Origin: Promethearchaeota archaeon
GTDB taxonomy: Archaea > Asgardarchaeota > Thorarchaeia > Thorarchaeales > Thorarchaeaceae
Length of the DNA: 64,000 nucleotides
Direction: 5' to 3'
Assembly (NCBI GenBank): GCA_048939765.1
Contig: JBHLPF010000010.1
Coordinates: 1 to 64,000 of the forward strand
Below are positions 31,401 to 40,473 of this stretch, in pieces (the first letter of the stretch is position 1; each line of letters starts with the position of its first letter). A model generated the notes under the pieces. It did not search any database. It was not told the DNA's origin and worked only from the letters and a program-made list of their open reading frames with translations. The translations under genes and the position numbers were made by a program.

Positions 31401-34400
31401 GATTGATGGTCATGAATGGGCTCAAGACTAATGCTATACTCATACCAGTTGAAACTGCAAACACAGTCCACGTCGCCTTGGTCCTGAGCTGCTCAGGTAT
31501 TGAGACCAACATTGATTCAACTGCAATATAACCAGCAATGACAAGTGCCGCATCCAGGCTGTACAAATAGAAATGCCAAAACAGAAAGGCAAGCAAAGCA
31601 CCTGTGACAATTGGATAGGCAAGAAGCACCCTATTGGCTCTGCTGATAACTGGTGTCGCAATGAGCCCAACACCAAATATGGCTAGAAATACCTTGGAAG
31701 TAGGATCAAATGGTGCCAAATAGAGACCTAGCAGCAATGCAACGCTAATTGCGAATGCCGCTGATGGAACTTGCTGCTTGAAGAAAATCATCACTGGCAT
31801 CAATAATGTGAATAAAACTGAGAAGAGAGCAACTGAGCCTAGTATGCTAAGAATGGGGTCAGTTAGCTGGAGCAGAATGACCAAGTCCAGGCTGACTGCT
31901 GCACAGAGAGTAACAAGAGCCACCGAATGGAGCCGCAGATTCTCTGACCTGCGAAGATGAAGGGCGGGTAACCAAGTGCACATACAAGTAAGGATGAAGG
32001 TAAGAGAAATTGGTATGAGTGGCACTGAATGAAATGAGAAGAGTGGTATCAAGTAGTAGACCAACAATGAAGCAATGAGGATCGAAAGGAAGGCAATAGC
32101 CGCTACAAGATGAATCGCGATGTACGCTAGGAAAACTCGAAGTGCCATCAACGCAGCAGTTCCAATAGAGAGAATTGCATTCCAATACTTCCTATAGGCG
32201 GCAGGAATTGGGATCAAGAACAAAACGCCCAGACTAAGGATGTAGTTGGCATAGAATAGATGCACCAAGAATGTAGCAGCGGGAACGGTGAGTGCGAGGT
32301 AGAAACCGTTGATGATTCGGGGTGGTGCGCCCATCAATCTCAGTGGCAGCAATCCGAATCCAAATAGTGCAAGTGCAGAGAGGGCTGACTGAAGCTCCCC
32401 ATAACTCAAGATTGCTTCGAGATATATCCATGTGCATACCAGAGTGAGCATCATGAGCCAGGTTGTCGGGATGAAGTAGACTCTGATAGGCTCAGGGAAT
32501 TTGTTGTTGGTCAATGTCATCGCAAGGCAGATAGCTGATACAGATGCAAGAAAGCGAATTGCTGTATGCAGCATTTCGGTGTAGAAGAAAACAAGAACTC
32601 CTAGCCCCAACGCCGCTCCCAATATGCAAATCTGAAAGAGATAGGAAGGGGGTTCTTCAGCCCGCCCAATTGCAGGAGCATATGCTAGGAAGAAAGCCAA
32701 AGCGATCCAACCAATAATCGGTATTGGATTGTAACTATAGAATGGCGCAAGCCACTGCAAAGCCACGAACGCTAGTCCGACGAGCACAAATACCGCCCAA
32801 GATATGAGGATGAATTTTAGCAGGAATCGACCGATGGATATGAGCGCATGATGAATGGCTGCTCCAAGTCTGCGGACTCCTTGCACAATAGCTCTTCCGG
32901 CTCTTATGGCCGCATCTGATATCCATCTCCCGGCTTTGCGGTATTCGATATGGAGAACAGGCCCAGGTAGGACAGCAAGTAGCAGCAGTGTCACTACGGG
33001 TAGCCGGTTCGACTGGAGGGGATCTTCAAACATCAAGGCCAAAGAAACTGCTGCAAGTAGCCCAGGCAAATATGCTGTTCCAGTGTAGATTCGATTTACT
33101 CCAAGCTTCAATAGCGCAATCGAACCTAGGAACCAGAGCAGGGAATAGGACAATGAACCGATAACATCGATTGATATGATGTAGTAGAATTGCCAGAAGG
33201 TAACCAAGGCCAATGACCCAAGAAACATGATCAATGCTATAGATAGGAAGCGATGGCGATTTGGTAGGCTTCGAAAGATTGAGAGGCCGACAATACCCAT
33301 TCCAGCAAACACAGCGGCTTGTACACCAAGAATCGAAATCGGGTATCCTGGCAGGGGCTGTAGCATTGGATTGATGTAGCTGAATAGAAAGATGCAGAGA
33401 GTAAGATCAGCAACAATCCCGGTAATGAGCATATTGCTCAGAATCCATGCCTTGAGGTCTCTAAGATGACCTACTAAGGAAATCCAAATCCGTTTCCAAA
33501 TTCTTCGTATCCATCTGAAGAGACCTGTCATTCCTGCGACAAATAAGACAAACGATGTTGTGAATGAAACGAGCAGCGGCCAGAGATAATATTGGGTCCA
33601 GAGATAGCCACTAGCAGATGCAAAGAGTACTATAGCCACTCCGATAGCTCTTACAATTATGTATTCCGAATCCCTTGTCAGCCGCTGGCCCAACCTGAAA
33701 AGAACTGGAGATGGAGCAAGAATGAGTAATCCGATGATGAGCGCAATTGGGCCTATTAGTTGAATTTCCGTTCCCCATATGGTCGACTCGGCTAGCCAGA
33801 GGAAGATAGATGGAATACCTGAAGCCGCAAGAATGAGTGAAATCCCTGACAGGGTGTTGGCATCTTCTGGAACAATTATCCATTCTTCAGGAATTGGTAC
33901 ACTCTCTTCATCCTCCTCAAGCGCGGCGCTCAGTCCTACTTCTACAAGAATAGAGTCGCGGCCCTTCTTCTTCTGTGATTTGCGCACCCATCTTGTGCCC
34001 GCCCATGATTGCAGGCGCTTGGCGCATTGGGAGGCAAAGAATAGCGCCGCGCCGAGGACCACCAGAAATCCAGACACCAATAGCACGGGTGATAGAATAG
34101 AGGAGTTGATCATGTAGTCAACTATCAATACAGATGGAGCTAGTGAAATGATGATAACATTAGGTACACCCAATCGAGCATATTTCTGTAGATATTGAAG
34201 GGCAATTATATAGACGGAAAGAGCCCCAATGAAGCCTGCTAGGATGAAGAATATAGCAGAAGTGGTTTCCGATAGCCAAAGTGCAATTGCAAGTGGGCCC
34301 GTCAACAAGATAGGTGGACCCAAGGCCCACCCGACTCTATGAAAGGTTTCATCCGAGATTCCTTCCCTGTTTCGCAGGCTATTCAAAATCCCAATCGATG

Positions 34401-34728
34401 CCAATAGAAATCCATGAAGGCTCAGAATAGATGTTTGCAATGATGCCAATAATAGAGCTAGCGTGAGAGCAATGATTCCTGCACTCAGAAAAAGGAGTAT
34501 TGTACCGGGAAATAGCCTTCTTCTCCATACTAGGATTAGACCTGCGAGTGCAAGGCTAACAGATGTTGCGACCAGCATCTGAACCAGGCTGTCCCTGACA
34601 AATGGCTGAATGAGAAAATAGGAAGCTAGCCAAACTGCTGCTGATACGATAAGGAGTACTACAATGAAGGCAAAGAGCTGAATCCTATCTGCCCAAAGAC
34701 TCGCTCTTTCGAATCCTTTTTCCTGCAT
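28468..34728 (-). CDS. Giant polytopic membrane protein of unknown function (2086 aa)
   Basis: Uninterrupted 6.26-kb ORF made almost entirely of hydrophobic helices with short loops. GGGGA SD. Confidence 0.88.
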   Translation of the reverse strand: MQEKGFERASLWADRIQLFAFIVVLLIVSAAVWLASYFLIQPFVRDSLVQMLVATSVSLALAGLILVWRRRLFPGTILLFLSAGIIALTLALLLASLQTSILSLHGFLLASIGILNSLRNREGISDETFHRVGWALGPPILLTGPLAIALWLSETTSAIFFILAGFIGALSVYIIALQYLQKYARLGVPNVIIISLAPSVLIVDYMINSSILSPVLLVSGFLVVLGAALFFASQCAKRLQSWAGTRWVRKSQKKKGRDSILVEVGLSAALEEDEESVPIPEEWIIVPEDANTLSGISLILAASGIPSIFLWLAESTIWGTEIQLIGPIALIIGLLILAPSPVLFRLGQRLTRDSEYIIVRAIGVAIVLFASASGYLWTQYYLWPLLVSFTTSFVLFVAGMTGLFRWIRRIWKRIWISLVGHLRDLKAWILSNMLITGIVADLTLCIFLFSYINPMLQPLPGYPISILGVQAAVFAGMGIVGLSIFRSLPNRHRFLSIALIMFLGSLALVTFWQFYYIISIDVIGSLSYSLLWFLGSIALLKLGVNRIYTGTAYLPGLLAAVSLALMFEDPLQSNRLPVVTLLLLAVLPGPVLHIEYRKAGRWISDAAIRAGRAIVQGVRRLGAAIHHALISIGRFLLKFILISWAVFVLVGLAFVALQWLAPFYSYNPIPIIGWIALAFFLAYAPAIGRAEEPPSYLFQICILGAALGLGVLVFFYTEMLHTAIRFLASVSAICLAMTLTNNKFPEPIRVYFIPTTWLMMLTLVCTWIYLEAILSYGELQSALSALALFGFGLLPLRLMGAPPRIINGFYLALTVPAATFLVHLFYANYILSLGVLFLIPIPAAYRKYWNAILSIGTAALMALRVFLAYIAIHLVAAIAFLSILIASLLVYYLIPLFSFHSVPLIPISLTFILTCMCTWLPALHLRRSENLRLHSVALVTLCAAVSLDLVILLQLTDPILSILGSVALFSVLFTLLMPVMIFFKQQVPSAAFAISVALLLGLYLAPFDPTSKVFLAIFGVGLIATPVISRANRVLLAYPIVTGALLAFLFWHFYLYSLDAALVIAGYIAVESMLVSIPEQLRTKATWTVFAVSTGMSIALVLSPFMTINLVLAALVALEILRFTPHLSIGEKTGIFLGITRAALVGASVYLLVISWIPTPSPLREPLMELGLSSLSATIILALSMRNFISAEILVGLQSVAVFNLCFLIFSYLWEIMLVDGLYSAYIAGIPLLAFTAVLSKGETFKRASWMVSCLVTTAMVSFSWYTYYRSMESLWLCVTTAVFLLSSLRLTDPKGHEDNAGVTNIAVATLIAMLEVIWVWHSLLVFLFDTNVILAGVGLLLTPVILLPLRGAIPWDVFRILWSVVSVSISISLGSFISGWDLYGLAPPAEPYLAAGIILSLFSVLSTPAYLLIEGKLKINEDHLTARYSWSPSIAGWAALGAQMGANLLGEIRFILTVAGLGLALALLILYLITPARPRTLFMGDIIILASAVAGGVWIWAEPILGTAELIALFLLVWYILSLPLTLAATITFLGWLATKGKQLAAAFSRFLSWAEEIYRSNRAKFATILPVLIAGLVSLWVYDPLDTSAILGLPYRNLAFSITVGLVLVGLLYWFEAAALEPPIGEELQSPSAILIGFGVNNLILLMSMTAESYDLLELLFSLSLATSLALVATLAQVSSFSQKVWMRRNAGILGISLFVAALTGFTSIGGLQPIHALVYATLILLVVEAPVFWTQVRAFLAILGRYGAILVKAIRNLGSFLLRIFRSFGYVAWAFFALLFVAVIGVLSRPLFSELLNMPPTGLFYEIPGFSIPTAIIGLMMLFIAIVRRRVRTRFGLFSGLYAAFGGGITAIVFLFDHGYQVLSFFSAIIAVCGTGLMLKGELQLDPRRIALLWLPIPPSISASLFYYMLPSSSTLDSLLLAMLLSFTPTFMLYLLSTTVNWVPKTQRELLWSLLAIMTGVIAYLSSYILIIPPFDQVAGIYLGVFVASIIFYPVTARSARQLFLSPLFFALTGFAYTFVLGPVYQSLLLATAAFLLFVSRYIKEREAMNPRLVYLRLIVLIALVASIAAFGITTGLEWVSVG

Positions 34729-34934
34729 CTACATCCCCGAATACCATCGCGAATCCACAGAAAATTGGCGTCTTCTAAGGCAGAAGTAATCCTGTGGTGG
34801 CATGTAATATTGGGGTATTTCCATTAATAAATTCGCTTTGTTTGATTGAAACGCTTCAAGCAATCCTTTTATCGACAATTTCGATGGATAGAGCATTTGG
34901 CTTGTTCATGATAATGCCATCTGAGGGGTGAAGC

Positions 34935-35471
34935 ATGCCAGAGAAAGTAGAATGCCGCTATTGCGGCGCTATAAATGACTTAGGCGAGCCAGAGTGTGCT
35001 AATTGCGGAGCGAACCTTTCCGATGCAATCACACATGTTGCATGCGACAGATGTGGAATCCTCCTTAGAGAAGGGACGGATCCGGTAGGACATTGTATCG
35101 TGTGCCAGACACCCGTTTTTCTTTGTGATAGACACAAGAAGAGAGTGGAGGATGATGAAGTCTATTGCAGAGAACATGAAACTGAGTGCTTCATCGCTAC
35201 AGCTGTCTTTGGGACTCCACTCCATCCAGAAATTGACCTCCTAAGGAGATTCAGAGACGAATGGCTTTCAAGCAGGCTAATAGGCCGCATCGCAATTCGG
35301 ACCTACTATGATGTATCTCCCCCCATTGCTCGATGCGCCAGGCGAAATGAACGAAGGAGGAGGATTCTTCAGCGATTGATAGTGGAACCAGGCCTCAAGC
35401 TTGCGCGGACGGTTTTGGGAAGAGAGTCACATCCTCTGCCCTTGGAAAAGGGCAACTCAAAACGGAGATAG
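34935..35471 (+). CDS. Zinc-ribbon protein with CFI-box-CTERM domain
   Basis: Four CxxC pairs plus two CxxH motifs, then CFIATAVFG...LRRFRD...YYDVSPPIA. Confidence 0.85.
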   Translation: MPEKVECRYCGAINDLGEPECANCGANLSDAITHVACDRCGILLREGTDPVGHCIVCQTPVFLCDRHKKRVEDDEVYCREHETECFIATAVFGTPLHPEIDLLRRFRDEWLSSRLIGRIAIRTYYDVSPPIARCARRNERRRRILQRLIVEPGLKLARTVLGRESHPLPLEKGNSKRR

Positions 35472-35510
35472 GCGCACGAAATCGATTAATAGCCAAATAT
35501 CTCCCTAGAA

Positions 35511-38288
35511 TTGGATGCGGTGAGTGACGACCTGCCAATAATGAAGGAATTCCCTCCAGAAACCAAATTCCGTTATACTTGGAGGCCATATCAAGCACGT
35601 GTCCTAGGTGAGCTTGAAGAGTACCTAGATGACAACCGACTTCACGTCGTTGCGGCTCCCGGGTCTGGAAAAACGCTCCTTGGGCTAGAAGTCATGAGAA
35701 GGCTAAACCAGCCGTCGATTATCCTCGCTCCTACATTAGCAATACGTGACCAATGGATTTCGAGGCTTGTGGATTTCTTCCTTCCTGAGGGAAATGAAAC
35801 CCCACATTGGATTTCAACAAATATCTACAATCCAAGATTTCTGACGGTGTCAACATACCAAGGTCTCTACAGCGCTTGCTCCGGAGCCTTAGACGAAGAT
35901 TATCTCTACGATGAGGAAATCGAATCTGAGGATGAAGATTCATACAATAATGATGACCTGGACAATGGAAAACAAGAACTCCATGAGGACAACATGATCA
36001 GGCAATTACAGGAGCTATCTGCCAAGACCATTGTCTTGGACGAAGCTCACCATCTCCGATCAAATTGGTGGCGTTGCCTGACGAGAGTTGTTCACGGACT
36101 GAAGGAAAGCACCGTTCTGGCCCTGACAGCAACCCCGCCCTATGACGTTTCGATGTTTGAGTGGGAGCGATACATGGAACTATGCGGCCCGGTAGATGCG
36201 GAGGTATCTGTCCCTGAGCTTGTGCAGGAAGGGAATCTTTGCCCTCACCAAGATCTCGTTCTCTTCACGTATCCTAGTCTCATTGAAGGAAACAAACTCA
36301 AAGAGTTCAAGCAAGCGGTAGATGAGTTTGTCAAGGACCTCGAGTCCGATGATGATTTCCTAGAAGAGGTCAAAAACCACGCTTGGCTCAAGGATCCCGA
36401 AACCTATGTTATTGAGATCCTAGATGACCCATCATTCTTTTCAAGCATGCTTGTCTACCTGAGACATCGCAAGGTGGTCCTCCCAAAGCAAGCCATCGAA
36501 CTCATCGCTGGTGAACAGTTTGGAATTCCCTGGTTCAACAAGGAATGGTTGGAAACTCTGCTTGAAGGGATGCTGTTTCCCCCTGATATAGATCCTAAGG
36601 ACTTGTCTCCAGTCCTGAAGCGAATAAGGGATAGACTCTATCGAATTGATGCTCTTGAGCGCAGAGATGTGAATCTGCTCAGCACTAAGAAACTGGACGC
36701 CGTTCTCAAAAGAAGCATTACAAAGCTATACGCAATTCAAGCAATTGTATCCATGGAACTCAAGGCTCTTGGTGAAGACCTTCGGATGGTCATCCTAACC
36801 GATTACATTAGGAAGGCCTATCTCCCCAAAAGTGAGCATGACCTTCCGGAATTGGACAGAATCGGTGTAGTGCCGATCTTTGAGGAGATTAGACGATCGA
36901 ATCTTGAAGGCATAAGACTTGGAGTTCTTAGTGGGTCATTGATAATTGCTCCTACTGAGTCAACTGAACTCCTGCTTGAATGTGCTGATGAATGTGAAAT
37001 CCTTCGTGACTCAGTTTCAGTCAAACCCATTGCTGATCCTGATTATTCAATAGTGACTGTCAAGGGCATTGACCGACAAAAGGCAGTGCAGCTCATAACA
37101 GAGCTATTCTCTAAGGGCGGAGTAAATGTCTTGGTAGGTACGAAGTCACTCCTTGGAGAAGGATGGGATGCCCCATCCATAAACTCACTTGTTCTGGCCA
37201 GTTTTGTGGGATCATATATGTTGTCCAACCAAATGCGAGGACGCGCTATCAGAACTGATCCCAAAAAGCCGGATAAGACGTCCAATATCTGGCACCTGGT
37301 CTGTGTGAATCTCGACTCTGAGAGCGCAGGAAATGACTACCACATTATGGAAAGACGGTTCAAAGCGTTTCTAGGGATATCATTTGTTGAATCTGTGATA
37401 GAGAATGGGTTCGGTCGCCTTAGTGTTGGAAATCCTCCTTTTGATAAAGACGAGATACGGGCGATCAACACATCAATGACAGCAAGGGCTCAGGATAGAA
37501 CAGCTCTACGGTCAGCATGGGAAACCTCGCTGAAACGAGGTGAAGAGGGAGTTAGGCTCGTTGAGGAAGTGAAGGCCAAGAAGGCAAGGCTTCCAGTTCC
37601 CAGAGGCTTTGTATTCAGAAATACCATCTCAGCACTCACCTGGGAGACTATGCTTATACTCGGATTCTTTGTTGCTCGGCAGCTATTTTCATGGGTCGTT
37701 CCGATTGGCAACCTTGGTTTGTCATTTCTATCATTTCTGCCAATGCTTGGATTTCTCTTCTTCATCCTCAGGTTTGCCCCAAAAGCCCTGAAGGCAGTCT
37801 GGCTCTTTATCATGCACGGTCCAATCAAGTCTAGTCTTGCCCAGGTCGGGAAAGCTGTACTAGCGACTCTCTGCGACGTGGGAGTAATCAGAACTCCCTT
37901 AAGCAATATGAGCGTTGTAGTGGAAGAAGGGAAGAAGGGTGAGGTATTCTGCCATGTGGTAGGTGGCACAAGAAGAGAAAGAGCAACGTATCTAAGTTCG
38001 CTCAGGGAAGTGTTGGAACCAATTGAATCACCCAGATACCTACTTCTGAGAAAATCGATGCTAGGGAAATCGTTTGTGAGACAGGATTATCATGCGGTCC
38101 CAACGGTGCTAGGAATCAAGAAGGAATACGCTGAGCGATTTGCGGCACAATGGAAAGAATACGTTGGCGAAATGGATTTGATATACACGCGCAACAGAGA
38201 AGGGCGCATTGCGCTCCTCCAAGCTAGAAACCATTCACTATCTGCCGGTTTTCGTTCCCATTCCGAAAGAATAAGCCGCTGGAAATAG
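35511..38288 (+). CDS. SF2 DEAD/DEAH-box helicase with C-terminal TM hairpin
   Basis: RPYQ, APGSGKT, DEAH, TAT, LGEGWD and QMRGRAIR motifs. Hydrophobic segment at about aa 710-755. Confidence 0.92.
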   Translation: MDAVSDDLPIMKEFPPETKFRYTWRPYQARVLGELEEYLDDNRLHVVAAPGSGKTLLGLEVMRRLNQPSIILAPTLAIRDQWISRLVDFFLPEGNETPHWISTNIYNPRFLTVSTYQGLYSACSGALDEDYLYDEEIESEDEDSYNNDDLDNGKQELHEDNMIRQLQELSAKTIVLDEAHHLRSNWWRCLTRVVHGLKESTVLALTATPPYDVSMFEWERYMELCGPVDAEVSVPELVQEGNLCPHQDLVLFTYPSLIEGNKLKEFKQAVDEFVKDLESDDDFLEEVKNHAWLKDPETYVIEILDDPSFFSSMLVYLRHRKVVLPKQAIELIAGEQFGIPWFNKEWLETLLEGMLFPPDIDPKDLSPVLKRIRDRLYRIDALERRDVNLLSTKKLDAVLKRSITKLYAIQAIVSMELKALGEDLRMVILTDYIRKAYLPKSEHDLPELDRIGVVPIFEEIRRSNLEGIRLGVLSGSLIIAPTESTELLLECADECEILRDSVSVKPIADPDYSIVTVKGIDRQKAVQLITELFSKGGVNVLVGTKSLLGEGWDAPSINSLVLASFVGSYMLSNQMRGRAIRTDPKKPDKTSNIWHLVCVNLDSESAGNDYHIMERRFKAFLGISFVESVIENGFGRLSVGNPPFDKDEIRAINTSMTARAQDRTALRSAWETSLKRGEEGVRLVEEVKAKKARLPVPRGFVFRNTISALTWETMLILGFFVARQLFSWVVPIGNLGLSFLSFLPMLGFLFFILRFAPKALKAVWLFIMHGPIKSSLAQVGKAVLATLCDVGVIRTPLSNMSVVVEEGKKGEVFCHVVGGTRRERATYLSSLREVLEPIESPRYLLLRKSMLGKSFVRQDYHAVPTVLGIKKEYAERFAAQWKEYVGEMDLIYTRNREGRIALLQARNHSLSAGFRSHSERISRWK

Positions 38289-38410
38289 AATAGACGCCAT
38301 CTCTATCAGCAGTGAGCCCATTTTGACTAAATGAAACCTCCAGAACTGCAACTCATAATCTGAGCAACGCTACCGATAGCATCATAGGAGCCTTTGATGC
38401 CCCCACAGCC

Positions 38411-39313
38411 ATGCAACTCACACCCGATGTCATTCTTGGAACCGTTATTGGCTTCCTTGCGGCATTCATGTGGGCTGTTTCTGTTGTTGTGTATCGGTCA
38501 CAGAGTGATGAGATTAGGCCTTTGGCTATTGGGTCTGTCAAAATGTGGGTGGCACTCGGATTCATGATCTTGCTTGTCACAATTCCATGGCGTCCAAATG
38601 TATTCACAGTTCCATTCGAGTCAATTATCTATTTGGCTCTCTCAACATCATTAGGGGCAGTGATAGGTGATACAATCCTGTTCATGAGCCAGGAAAGAAT
38701 CGGAGTTTCTTACTCATTTCCTATTGCGATGTCGTTCCCGGTTCTTACCTACATTCTAGCAATTCTGATCCTTGGGGATGAAGTTTCAGCCTTCCGATTC
38801 TTTGGCACCATAATCGCAGTTCTGGGAATCATTCTAATATCTCGTGAACAAAACAGGGGGCAGGAAGACGAGGGGGACTCGCAATTTGACCTCTTAGGAA
38901 TTGGAATGGCCCTCTTCACAATGGTCTGCTATGCAGTTGGAACCGTTTTTCTTGAAATGGGAGTAACTGGGGTTGATCCCATTGATGCCAATTTCGTTAG
39001 AGTTGTCATTGGGTCTATTGAATTCGTTCCCATCTATATCATAGCAAGCCAAATGGGGATGCCAAGGCCAACAAGACGTGCCACAGAAATTGTTGCAGTC
39101 GCTGGTTTCTTCGGTATGGCATTAGGCTCTGTGCTCTATGTCATGATGGTGAAACACATCGGTGCAGCTATGGGATCGGTCATAGGTTCAACCTCTCCGC
39201 TATTCGCTGTTCCAATATCGATGGTCTTTCTGAAAGAGCACCCGACTAGATTGGCAATTGTTGGCATTCTAATTGCGATTTTGGGTGTCGTCCTAGTAGT
39301 TGGAAGCATCTAG
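38411..39313 (+). CDS. DMT/EamA family transporter
   Basis: 10 TM in two repeats. Confidence 0.9.
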   Translation: MQLTPDVILGTVIGFLAAFMWAVSVVVYRSQSDEIRPLAIGSVKMWVALGFMILLVTIPWRPNVFTVPFESIIYLALSTSLGAVIGDTILFMSQERIGVSYSFPIAMSFPVLTYILAILILGDEVSAFRFFGTIIAVLGIILISREQNRGQEDEGDSQFDLLGIGMALFTMVCYAVGTVFLEMGVTGVDPIDANFVRVVIGSIEFVPIYIIASQMGMPRPTRRATEIVAVAGFFGMALGSVLYVMMVKHIGAAMGSVIGSTSPLFAVPISMVFLKEHPTRLAIVGILIAILGVVLVVGSI

Positions 39314-39321
39314 GAACTCTA

Positions 39322-40248
39322 CTACGGTGCGGTCCCTAGGGTGACGTAGACTTCAAAGATGTCATTTCGTCTTTGAAACCTAATACGCACCTTATCGCCT
39401 GTGCGCTTCACAAGAACCTTCTTCCGAAGATCCTCCATCCCCGTGATGTTTTCGTCATCGATAGCCTGAATGATATCGCCCGCTTTCAACCCGGCATGTG
39501 AAGACGGCCCGCGGGGCACTTGAACTAGTAAAGCCCCCTTGTCTGTAGGCAATCTATAATGCGACGCTACACCCGGAGTAAGAGTGACACCCATTACTCC
39601 CAGCCATGGACTTCTGATAGTTCCAGTCTCTACAAGCTCATCAAATGCACGTTTCACCCAGTCAACACCTATGGCAAAGCCAATCCCCTGACTCCACGGA
39701 ATCATCGCAGTAGGTACTCCAATGAGTTTCCCTTCGGTATTCACCAAAGCCCCGCCAGAGTTGCCAGGATTAATCTGAGCAGATGTTTGGATGAGTCCCT
39801 CAAGGAAGGTACCGCCTCCTTGGATCGTTCTCTCAACAGCACTAACCATCCCGAAAGTGACTGAGCTTCCTAGTCCAAGAGGATTTCCGATTGCCACTGC
39901 AATCTGTCCTACCTGCAGGCTACTTGACTCTCCCAACTCGATTGCTGTCAGACCCTCAACTTCGATTTTCAAGACTGCGAGGTCTCTTACTTTTGATTCA
40001 CCAACTAATACGGCCTTGAAAGCGCGTCCGTCATTCAATGTCACTTCAACATCTCGGACACTTTCCACAACATGTGCATTGGTGACAATGAATCCATCGT
40101 CTGTCAAAATCACGCCAGACCCCTGTCCCTGAACAGGAACTGCCCTGGAGAGTTGGTCTCTCGCCATTCTTGTCGTTGTGACGCTCACAACGCTGGGTAT
40201 GACTTTCTCCACAACTGCGATTAGTTTCTTCTCTAACTCCGCAGACAT
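39322..40248 (-). CDS. HtrA-like trypsin serine protease with PDZ domain, no signal peptide
   Basis: Catalytic triad in TNAHVV, DLAVL and GNSGG. PDZ motif WLGV...AGLKAGD. Confidence 0.93.
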   Translation of the reverse strand: MSAELEKKLIAVVEKVIPSVVSVTTTRMARDQLSRAVPVQGQGSGVILTDDGFIVTNAHVVESVRDVEVTLNDGRAFKAVLVGESKVRDLAVLKIEVEGLTAIELGESSSLQVGQIAVAIGNPLGLGSSVTFGMVSAVERTIQGGGTFLEGLIQTSAQINPGNSGGALVNTEGKLIGVPTAMIPWSQGIGFAIGVDWVKRAFDELVETGTIRSPWLGVMGVTLTPGVASHYRLPTDKGALLVQVPRGPSSHAGLKAGDIIQAIDDENITGMEDLRKKVLVKRTGDKVRIRFQRRNDIFEVYVTLGTAP

Positions 40249-40473
40249 TATCTCCACTGAAAGTTCGCTATTGTTTTCTGCTTATTAGATTGAGCATTCG
40301 GTACTTCAAAAATAGCTAGGCCGCATCACCATTCCTAGGAGCAGGTCATGGGAACCAAAGTCTAGATTCTGCCCTTGCTCGATATCACCTGCGTATTATC
40401 GCTCATATGTTTGGATAGCCAAGATATCCTTTTCAAAAGATAGCGGACTGATTAATCTCTCGAGTTGTGTTGG

